From contig WELA01003305.1 of the NCBI GenBank assembly GCA_009602735.1, positions 514,806 to 578,805 of the forward strand: a stretch of DNA of 64,000 nucleotides. The letters are read 5' to 3'. Positions 39,155 through 49,584 of this stretch are shown here, one piece after another. Every line of letters starts with the position of its first letter. Within the stretch, counting starts at the first letter, position 1. The position numbers and the translations under genes were made by a program. The notes beneath the pieces were generated by a model, which made no database searches, had not been told where the DNA came from, and saw nothing but the letters and a program-made list of their open reading frames with translations. The DNA comes from Mesotaenium endlicherianum. Taxonomy: Eukaryota.

Positions 39155-41865
39155 ATGCAAGAAGTTGTTCTTCGGCAGCAAGACGGTCGTCTTCATCACC
39201 AGGAATTGGAAATAAGCAATCTAGAGGATCTACTGGAGAACCAACATGAGCAAATCAGCAATTTGAGGTATACACCCTATCCTCTGCTAAACAAGACGTT
39301 TTAGAGCCAGGCTTCTGTTGTAGCTTAAGGCTTAGCCATGATGGGAATTGTTTTACATCTACATGCAAGAACAAAGTTTGAACCAGAGCTAGACTGTCAT
39401 CAGTTTGTATGATCCTGTGTGAGCATTTATTTGCGTCCAGATTTGCAAGGTACTCTCTGTCTATTGTAAAAAGGTCAGTGCCAAGAAACCATGTAGTACA
39501 GAGAGCGAGATAATATTAAGCTGAGCCAATTGCAGTACTGTCATCTAGGCAAGGATATCTTGAACTGCATGCTTCTTTTCTTTGTTAGAGCTGTGAATGT
39601 TACCAGCATTGAGCCCAGCGGTTCCTGAAATGTGCACACAGTCTTGATCTTTCTTTTCTGTGTGCTCTCTCATGCAGATACTCCCTCCAGGAGATTCAGG
39701 AGGAGATTCTGAGGGTGAGGTGGAAAGATTCAGCTGTTGCATTCAAACAACTGAAAGAACACAAGCAGGTGAAGTCTTGGAGCCGGATCACGTCTCCCTT
39801 GAACCTACCAACTAGTGAGGCAAATTTTGGTAATATTGACTCGCAACACATTTACTTATGAGAGACAGGTAAAAGACACGCTACTGTGAACCAAAGTCAA
39901 ACAGGTCAACCATAGTGGTCAAGTGGCTCAGTGACTGGGCAGTCAACGACGTCTATTTCTGCTCGCAGCTAGGGTGGCATGTTTTCAAGTTTCCCAATTC
40001 CTCCTTTTTCCCATCTCATGCAGGCCTTGGCTCCTGTGCCAGCCGGCATTAGCTTTTTGCCAACAGACTGCCAACTCATTGAACTACTTGTCAAGAAGCA
40101 TGTTGGGGAGGGCCTAACTGGTGTGGGAGAGCTGGATAAATCCTTCGTGCAACGCCTGCGGGGCTTTGACGACCTGATACGCAAAGTGGATATTCTCAAA
40201 TACAGCAGGCCATGGCAACTCCCAGGTGAGAATAAGCGCATCTGTATGACCCAACAAGTCCACATGCCCACCTTCACCCCCTACCAACTGTTGATTAATC
40301 TCTGCCATGGCTAGAGTCTGGCAGATTTTAATAGAAAGTAAAGTATAGATAAACTTTACATGAGGATCTTTTAAAGTGATAAAGTTTGACTTTCAGACTT
40401 TGAATTACAAGGTGAAGCTTTTCTTCATTCATGATATTGATTTTGCAGAGTGAATTATAAGCATGCTGTGTAATCTTTTATGTCTGCTGGACTGCTCTGG
40501 CTAGCTAGTGTGTGTGACTAGTTGCTGCTAGAATGCTTAGCTAGGATGCAACGCACTTGGCAACTTCTAGTCAACACATATGTCAGCAGGTGACAGATTT
40601 GACAACTGACTAGGTCCTGCAAGTGTGAACGAAAAACACTAGTCTAGTTGGAACTAGATAAGCTAGTACTAGTGTGAACACATAGTAAGCAATTCTAGGT
40701 CAACTGAATGAATGACATATTATAGCGTCAGCAGAGTCAACTTAGTCAACTTCAAGTGGTCAACTGACTCATGACTGAGGGGTCAGTCAACACCAACTCC
40801 ATTGCTCTCTTTGATTTCACATGGGGTTTCTGGAAAGGGGATCATGTGTGTGGGTACTCCTTTTTCAAAAACTGGCATCTGCTGGCTGAGAAGCCCCAGC
40901 CATATGGTGTTGCCTAAGCTATGACTCCCTGTCAAGTTTGTTAGAATCTACCTCGCTAGCATGCCAAATCTCTCTTATTGCTTGCGCCTATACTTTTGTG
41001 TCTGCCATTGGCAAGGCAGAGGAACGTGATGCCTCCCCCTTACGCTCCCTTGTTTTAAAGCATGCAAGACTGCCCCCTCCCTCCCTATCTCCCTGCCTCC
41101 CTCACACCTTCACTCACACTCCCTCACTCCCTCACTCCCTCCTTGTGTTGTGGGCCAGAGAATCTTACCTGGTAGCAATTTCTTTCCCCGAATTCTTTCT
41201 TCGTTGCTTCTTCTCGTGCAGACCTCTGCGAGGCGCCAGAAATCAAGGGGCTATTGATTGGGTACTACTTTGTGAAGCGAGAGTGGTGCGTAGATGCGAA
41301 GAGTGGGCAGCTCACACGAAAGCGCTCCCCTGGCAAGACACCTGGAGGTTGCCCTGACAAGACCCCTGGCGATGTCAGGAATGATGGCACCGATAGACCT
41401 TGGTGGGGGGAGGCCAAGACTGGGAAGATAGAGACCATCACCGACGTTCCAAGTTTGAAGAGTTTGACTGGCTTCAAAAGCTTGGCTGCCTGCTTGGTTG
41501 GCAGCAGCGGCAGCGGCAGCAGCGGCAGCAGCAGCAAATACAAGCCTGAGAAGAGACAATTCCGCTGGAAGGGCCCCGGCGCGCGGAGGGGGCCAGGTGG
41601 CAAGAGGGCGTGGGCCACCAGGAGCGAGTATGCGCTGACGAGCGATGGCGCCATCCTTGCTGACCAGCTGGCTGGCAGGCCCTCGTGGGTCTTGTGCAAG
41701 GTCCTGTTCTACAGCGAGACTTTCACGAGGCTCCAGGACCTGCAGTGCCAGGTGGCACGTGCCTCCAAGGCCAGCCCGGGCGGCGAGCACGGCAGCAGCG
41801 GCAGGGGTGGTGGTGACAGTGGTGGTGGTGTTTGTGGCGGCGCGAGCGTATGCTCCTGCTTTTAA
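39155..41865 (+). CDS. Atypical NAC-domain-like protein with N-terminal coiled coil (start uncertain)
   Basis: Phase-consistent exons 39153-39267, 39678-39768, 40024-40225 and 41222-41865. Exon 3 gives PAGISFLPTDCQLIELLVKK...IRKVDILKYSRPWQLP (NAC subdomains A/B). Exon 4 gives GYYFVKR, WWGEAKTG, KRQFRW...SEY and WVLCKV (divergent C/D/E). Confidence 0.78.
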
Positions 41866-42713
41866 TGTTCTCATTTGGCATGTACAGCACCCTCGTGCTG
41901 AGCAGCAACCCTCCGCTAGCAGCAGCCACTCTCCACTAGCATTATTGCCAAGAGAAGATATTTTCAACTCCACTTGTAGCATCCAGGTCCCATGAACTGT
42001 TTTCATGCCATGCAGCACTCTACACTCAGCTCTTATCATTTGTATGGTCCATGGCAGGCACGCTGACATCTACAGTTGACAGATATACTAGGGGGTTAAT
42101 TTTGTGGCTTTGTTAAGCAAGGTCGGTGTGGAGTTGTTTTAAACAACAGAGCACGTTATTGGCCCGTTGGATTTTGATGGTCCAAGTCTTGATCAGGTTC
42201 GATCAGGTATCGTACTGTATGTTGCATTTTACTTCAGTCAACAATGGATCCATGCAATTTCCAACTCTTGCAAAAAGGGTTAGGAAACATTCTTAGTTCA
42301 TAGCTTTAAATAGTCTGAAATTATGCATTGGTAGAGATTATCACGCAGCTTATGTATTTGCGTCACAACTTGTTGCATTACCTTTGTCTCATCTAGTTGA
42401 TCTCATCGATTGAAACCACATTGATGAAAGAATCGCTCAATCATCAGCCGAAAGTGATCTTAAAAATGATGTCTCACACGCCTCTTACCGACGTAGAGTG
42501 TTTGAGCAAGTGCACTTGCAAGGTGGGTCCACGCGCATAGGACAATGTTTTTCTCATCGCTAATGCTTCATGTTCACTAATATAATGAATCATATTATTT
42601 CTAAGGTCATCTATCTTGCTAAGAAAGCTAGAGCACGTGTATCACAAGAGGTTTTCACTGGTGCTTGAAAGGGCAACTTGTTTTTCATCAAGAGCCTATA
42701 GTTCTTGTTGAAC

Positions 42714-43187
42714 TGTTAAAATATGGTCCGTAGACCGACACTCCTAATTCTACTTTGTCGTGACTAGGCGAGTGGGTGTCGCGTCGATACGTGACGCACG
42801 CCAGGGTGTCGATAGCCTTGCTTGGTTTATCGTTAGCTAGTTCGGTTCGTAAGTTAGTCATTTGTTGGTAGTCGGGTAAGTTAGTAATTATGAGTTGTCA
42901 CTTTCACACGACAACGAAGATGTCGTGAACGTTTGTGAACGTTCACGAACGATCGTGAACGTTTGTTAGGGATGGCGGGGTGGCAAGGTGGCGGGGTGGC
43001 GCATAGAGTTCACAGAGTATAGTGAGCTGTTAAGACTAGAAAATGTAACCCAGAAAACTAACTCATAAAAGTGAAGAGTTGGGCACCTTGTGTACTTTTC
43101 GTGCTATCATATGTTTTGAGTCTGAGTTCGTTCAAGTGTGTGAGTGATAGAGTGTGCCATGGACGAAGATAGTAGTGAGTTTCAACA
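42714..43187 (+). repeat. 5' LTR (474 bp)
   Basis: TGTTAAAATATGGTCCG...GAGTTTCAACA; near-identical to 48036-48515. Confidence 0.95.
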
Positions 43188-43199
43188 TGGTATCGGAGC
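43188..43199 (+). promoter_or_regulatory. Primer-binding site (tRNA-iMet type)
   Basis: TGGTATCGGAGC directly after the LTR; canonical sequence is TGGTATCAGAGC. Confidence 0.9.
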
Positions 43200-44456
43200 A
43201 AGTTCGGGAGGATCTAAGGAGATCCCACAGTTCAATGGCACAGAGTATTTGGTATGGGCCGTGAGAGCTAAGGCGGCGCTGAAGCGTTATGACTTGATGT
43301 CTATGATCACCGGAGATGATACTATGCCCGTCTTACTCGTAGCGGGCGACGAAGTCACTGCTGCCAAAGTGACTGCAAACAAGAAGGCTCGTGATGCGTG
43401 GCAAAAGAGGGAGAATTTCTGTTACTCCTTGATTGTCAAGAGTTTGGAGAGAGAACCTCTAGTGAATATTTTCCATCTAGAGACTAGTAAGGAGATGTGG
43501 GACGCACTTAAAGAGGACCATGTGAGTGAGAGCATCGCTAGTTAGCAAAACTTTACTGAGGACTTTACAAGTTTCAAAATGAGAAGTGGTGAGAGCGTGT
43601 CTTCATCCTTGTGAGTGTCTTCATATTTCACAAGGATGAACTTGTTGAGTCAGGAGTGACAGCTATAGGTGTTCCAAAGACCGCCTATGAGCAAGCTAAG
43701 CAGTTACTGATTGGACTTAGGCCTGAATACGATATGACCAAGGAATTTTGCGTAACTTACCTAAGGAGCAGCTCACTTTGAGAAAGGCAAGGTTGAGTCT
43801 TCTTTATAGAGAGAAGGAGTATGAAAGAAAGGCTGGGGAAGGTATGACTGGTACTGAGCAAGCGTTTCATCTGTTAGGAGAGAAGCAATACAAGATTCAA
43901 GAAGGACGATTGGTGGAGGTGGTGGAGGAAGCAAACATCGCCAGCAGCAGCCAAAGAAGTGGAGGTCGAGGAGGCAATCAGCCTCAAGGAGGTGGCAAGT
44001 CAGTGACGTGCAACAACTGTGGCAAGTCAGGACATATGGCAAGAACCTGCTGGGACATCACATGCTACAATTGCAACAAGAAGGGCCACATCTCCAGGAA
44101 CTGCACTTAGAAGACAGAAGGTACCACCTTCGTCCCCAACATGGAGAATGCTCATGCTATGACCATTGAGGAGGCATGCGTGTGTGATGGCACGATAGAG
44201 ATGCTTGATACGTTGACTCAGGGGCATCCAGGCACTCTACGCCACGTAGGGATATCTTGCTCGAGTATAAGTCATGTGAGCCCATTCCTATTCGTGTAGG
44301 CGATGGCAATATTCTTTATGGAGTTGGTACAGGAAAGGTGGAGTTGGTAGTACAGGTTAGCAAGGAAGAGTTGCTTTTCACGCTAGAGGATGTCTTGCAT
44401 ACACCACAGCTTGTGAAGAATTTGTTCTCGGTGCCGAAAACTACGTCTTTGGGCAA

Positions 44457-44936
44457 TGTTGAAACTCACTACTATCTTCGTCCATGGCACACTCTATCAC
44501 TCACACACTTGAACGAACTCAGACTCAAAACATATGATAGCACAAAAAGTACACAAGGTGCCCAACTCTTCACTTTTACTGAGTTAGTTTTCTGGGTTAC
44601 ATTTTCTAGTCTTAAATAGCTCACTATACTCTGTGAACTCTATGCGCCACCCTGCCACCTTGCCACCCCGCCACCTCTAACAAACGTTCACGATCGTTCG
44701 TGAACGTTCACAAACGTTCACGACATCTTCGTTGTCGTGTGAAAGTGACAACTCATAATTACTAACTTACCCGAACGACTACCAACAAATGACTAACTTA
44801 CGAACCGAACTAGCTAACGATAAACCAAGCAAGGCTATCGACACCCTGGCGTGCGTCACGTATCGACGCGACACCCACTCGTCTAGTCACGACAAAGTAG
44901 AATGAGGAGTGTCGGTCTATGGACCATATTCCAACA
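44457..44936 (-). mobile_element. Antisense solo LTR of the same copia family nested in pol
   Basis: Reverse complement of the host LTR, 480 bp, with exact TSD GGCAA at 44452-44456 and 44937-44941. Confidence 0.95.
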
Positions 44937-47900
44937 GGCAACAAGGTGATCTTTGAAGGATCAGAGTGTAGAATACTCAACAACAAGGGAGATACAGCAG
45001 CTTTAGCTCTCAAGCCCGACAGTAGAGGAAGTTTATTCCAAGTGAAGGGCCAGGCTAAGCTTGTTTCTGCTTGCTTGGCTCAGGGAACAGAGATTAGTCA
45101 AGTATATTTGGCCCAAGGAGATGCGAAGTTGAAGGGAGACATCAACTTTTGGCACCAAAGGTTAGCACATGCAAGTGAACAGAAGCTGAAGCAAATGAGC
45201 AAGGACAAGGAGAGGGGTTTACCAGATTTTAGGGGTCAAACGCTTGAGTTTTGTAGAGGGTGTCAGATGGGTAAGCAGACAAGGATAGCATTTCCAAAGG
45301 AGGGAGCTACAAGAGCCACAGAAGTGCTAGAGTTGGTACATTCGGACGTTTGGGGGCGAGCTAGTATACCAGCAAGGAAGACTTTGCATTCATATTATGT
45401 GACATTCACAGATGACTACTCTAGGAAGTCAGAGGTTTACTTCATGAGGACCAAGGATCAAGCATTCGAGAAATTCAAGGAGTATAAGGCTATGGTGGAG
45501 AAGCAGTGTGGAAAGAGCATCAAGACATTAAGGACAGACAATGGGAAAGAATATGTCAATGGGCCCTTCATCAAGTTTCTGGCGGATCAGGGAATCAAAC
45601 ATCAACATACAGTGGCGTACTCACCCAGCAGAATGGAGTGGCAGAAAGGTTGAACAGGACGTTGGTGAACTCGGCAAGGTCAATGATATTTGCTGCTGGT
45701 CTCCACCCTAGCTTGTGGGCGGAAGCTATGAAGACAGCTACGTACGTGTGGGCTCGACTGCCCTCAAGTGCTCTTGATGAGGGGGTTCCAGAGGAGCTAT
45801 GGAGTGGCAAGAAGGTGTCTGTTGATCGGTTGAGGGTGTTTGGCACAGAGACTTGGGCGCACATCCCAAAGGAGAAGCGACACAAGCTGCAACCGAAGGC
45901 AGAAAGGTGCATTTTCTTGGGCTATGACACTGACAGCAAGGGGTACAGGTTGTTGAGGCCAGATACAGGAGTAGTATTTGTGAGCAGAGATGTTGTCTTC
46001 AATGAGCGCATTATGGATCCCGGTAGCTCACAAGTGTACGATGAGTTTGCATCGGAGGATGATCTTGAGGAGAGAATTCAACAATTACCATTACCTGTCA
46101 CATCACTTGGGGAGCATGTCTTATCACTTGGGGAGCAAGCACCTTCGATCATTCAGCAGCCTGCAGCAAGGGTAGAGGTAGAGCAAAGGGAGGGAAACGA
46201 AGAAGCACAAGAGTCTACTCTAAGAGGGTGGTCCACGATTGAAGAGGGAGTTGCAAGAGGGGCTGTGTCACCAGCAGGGGGAGAGGTCTCTACTAGTGGT
46301 TTGGATCCTCCTCCACGTAAGAGCTCTAGGGCACGTGTGCCAACAAAGAGGTTTGAGGACTTTATAACCTTAGCCAAGGATGTAGCTTTGGATGAGGCAG
46401 GAGATTTTGAAGTAGCATACATGTTAGATGCTAGCGAGCCTAAGACCTATGCAGCAGCCATGAAAACTGACTCAGCGGAGAAGTGGAAACAAGCCTCAAT
46501 TGAGGAAATGGATTCTTTAAGGGCTAATCATACTTGGGACTTAGAGGATCTACCACCAGGGAAGAAGGTAGTAGGGGGGAGATGGGTCTACGGGGTGAAG
46601 AGAAAAGCTGATGGAATGGTGGATAGGTACAAAGCTAGATTTGTTGCTAAGGGTTACTCACAGACAGAGGGAGAGGATTAACACGAGACGTTCGCACCGG
46701 TAGCTAAGATAGCCACCATCAGAGTAGTGTTGGAGGTTGCGGCTATAGAGGACTTTGAGATTCACCAGATGGACGTGAAGACGGCATTTCTCAATGGGGA
46801 CTTAGAGGAGGAAGTGTATATGGAGCAGCCAGAGGGATTTGTGGATGAGAAGTACCTCAAAAAGGTTTGCAGGTTAAGGAAGTCCTTGTATGGGCTAAAG
46901 CAATCACCGAGGATGTGGAATCAAAAGATAGATAGCTTTCTACAACATCATGGGTTCATCAAGTCGGACGCCAATAGCCAGTCTTTATATTAGAGGGAAG
47001 GGAGATAGCAAGGTGATGTTGGTACTTTATGTGGACGATCTTTTACTAGTGGGGAAAAGTATGAGTGAGATTCAGAAGGTGAAGGATCTTTTGTCAGTCA
47101 CCTACGATATGAAGGACTTGGGGGAAGTTGAGTTTGTTTTGGGCATTCAAGTTAAGAGGGATAGGGAAAACAGGGTTATCATGCTTGGGCAACCAGCGTA
47201 TCTGCAGACAGTGCTAGAAAGGTTCGACATGCAAGACTCTAAGCCCATGAGTCTACCTCTAGATCCTAATCACAAGTTGAGTGCGGGCATGTGTGCACAG
47301 AGTGAGCAAGAGTGGGAGATGATGTCCCAGGTGCCTTATAGGAAGTTAGTGGGGTAGTATAATGTATCTCATGGTGTGCACCCGCCCTGATACCTGATAT
47401 AGCAAATGCAGTAGGAGTCATCAGTCAGTACATGCAGAATCCAGGACCAGCACATTGGGAAGCAGCTAAGAGGATTTTGAGGTATCTTAAGGGAACACCG
47501 GATTTGTGGTTACACTTGGGAGAAACTGACAGTGTGAAGCTGGAGGGCAGTAGTGATTCAGATTGGGGCGGTGACCTTGACACTAAAAGGTCAACAACAG
47601 GGTATGTCTTTACGATGGGCAAGGGAGCGGTGACATGGAAAAGTAAGAGGCAAAAGGTAGTGGCATTGTCTTCCATGGAGGCTGAGTATATGGCAGCGTC
47701 ACAAGCAGTGAGGAAAGCACTTTGGTTGAGAAGACTACTTAAAGACTTGGGCTACAAACAGGAGTGGGCTACCACAATCTTCAGTGATAGCCAGGGGTGC
47801 ATTGCTTTGGGAAAGAATCCAGTGGAGCATAGTAGGAGTAAGCACATAGACATTCAATATCATAAAAGTAGAGAGTGTGTACAAGACGGTAGTGTTGAGT

Positions 47901-48019
47901 TTCGCTACGTGAGAACTGACAGAATGATTGCCGATTCTTTGACAAAGGCTGTACCTAGGACAAAGCATCAGTGGTGTGCTTCTATGTTTGGTTTGAGAAA
48001 TTTTGTTTCAAAGTAGAAT

Positions 48020-48035
48020 AGGAGATGAGAGGGAG
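48020..48035 (+). promoter_or_regulatory. Polypurine tract
   Basis: AGGAGATGAGAGGGAG immediately before the 3' LTR. Confidence 0.9.
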
Positions 48036-48515
48036 TGTTGGAATATGGTCCGTAGACCGACACTCCTAATTCTACTTTGTCGTGACTAGGCGAGTGGGTG
48101 TCGCGTCGATACGTGACGCACGCCAGGGTGTCAATAGCCTTGCTTGGTTTATCGTTAGCTAGTTCGGTTCGTAAGTTAGTCATTTGTTGGTAGTCGTTCG
48201 GGTAAGTTAGTAATTATGAGTTGTCACTTTCACACGACAACGAAGATGTCGTGAACGTTTGTGAACGTTCACGAACGATCGTGAACGTTTGTTAGGGGTG
48301 GCGGGGTGGCAAGGTGGCGGGGTGGCGCATAGAGTTCACAGAGTATAGTGAGCTATTTAAGACTAGAAAATGTAACCCTGAAAACTAACTCAGTTAAAGT
48401 GAAGAGTTGGGCACCTTGTGTACTTTTCGTGCTATCATATGTTTTGAGTCTGAGTTCGTTCAAGTGTGTGAGTGATAGAGTGTGCCATGGACGAAGATAG
48501 TAGTGAGTTTCAACA
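48036..48515 (+). repeat. 3' LTR (480 bp)
   Basis: TGTTGGAATATGGTCCG...GAGTTTCAACA. Confidence 0.95.
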
Positions 48516-49584
48516 TTAACAATGGCACGTTTGTCATCAAGAGGCTACTCCCTTGTGTAGCAAAGACACATTTCTTATGGAGAAGGCAAAAGGTATCACT
48601 TGAAGGACATTTGTTGGAGGAAGATTGTGGGCGTTTATAAAAGAAAACTCTACGAGGAGGCTGCCGCTTTCAACTCGAGGGTAATGTGTAAAGGGCAGCT
48701 TTGAAGTTTGTCCCACGAAATTCTCAAGTGGACCAATTGGAGACTACACATACATCTCTCATCTTTCTGAATCAAGGTGCGCTCACTGCTTTGTGAGACG
48801 TCAATATATCCCTAGGCGGCTAGAATGGGGGTGCTCTTAGCTGGCTGGCGCATGTGGACGACATGGTTTTCCCACATATTTTTCATCCGCGCACTATGGT
48901 ACAGAGTTCTAATGGGCGCCAAATCTTCATTTGCTTGATTAACCAAACAGCAGGCAACTAGAGTGTGAACATCACATTTGAGTTGCTAGTGCCCACAGCT
49001 ATGCCCACATTCCCATTTGGAAGAAACACACGCACTCAATTCACCTGGACACACTTGCACATTCATACACACACATCACTTAATTTCCAGACCCCCTTGC
49101 ACGTATGCACAGGCAAGCACACATACACACACACACACAATTACGTGCAGCATTGCTTCATCCATAGCTACTTGTCCATACTCATCACCTTTATTAAACA
49201 GAATACACAAGATCAGAAATTTATACTATATTGAAGTTTTTATGTACACAATTAATATCAGGACATATTATATCATCCAAATTCTGCACTACTAATCACA
49301 AAATTAGCATCAGAACAATCCTCATGCATATGCAAATTGCATAACGACGACCTTGTATCTACCATAGTTGTATCGTCAAATTTCTTTATGTACAGTATCT
49401 ACTCTGACCCCTTGGTCAAGTCAAGAGTGATTCACAATGTATATATTCAATACAGCACACTACACTTTCAACCACGTGATTTTGCATAGGATGAGGCAAA
49501 AACTCAAAATATGGTACACTGTTGGCTTTGTCAACACCTATGACCCTGAATACTCATTTGCAACACTCTTCCTCTACTCCCCTT

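Larger units (their letters stand above)
23300..41865. repeat. Diverged ~10-kb tandem segmental duplication (block A ~23.3-31.9 kb, block B ~33.4-41.9 kb)
   Basis: The two NmrA copies have identical exon lengths (85/200/168/222/144/126 nt). Upstream non-coding DNA is homologous (CATGCTGCCAGCGAAAT at ~28521 and ~37871; 29200-29270 vs 38540-38620), as are 31715-31840 and 41660-41790. Confidence 0.85.
43159..48016 (+). pseudogene. Copia gag-pol polyprotein with stops, frameshifts and an insertion
   Basis: Two CCHC knuckles (CNNCGKSGHMARTC, CYNCNKKGHISRNC), protease DSGAS, integrase WHQRLAH...CRGC / VHSDVWG / RTDNGKEY / QQNGVAER, RT QMDVKTAFLNG / LYVDDLL, RNase H DSDWGGD / RSKHIDI. Confidence 0.95.
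42714..48515 (+). mobile_element. Full-length Ty1/copia LTR retrotransposon (inactivated)
   Basis: TG...CA LTRs, PBS and PPT present; domain order gag-PR-INT-RT-RH; flanks TGAAC / TTAAC (5-bp TSD with one mismatch). Confidence 0.97.
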
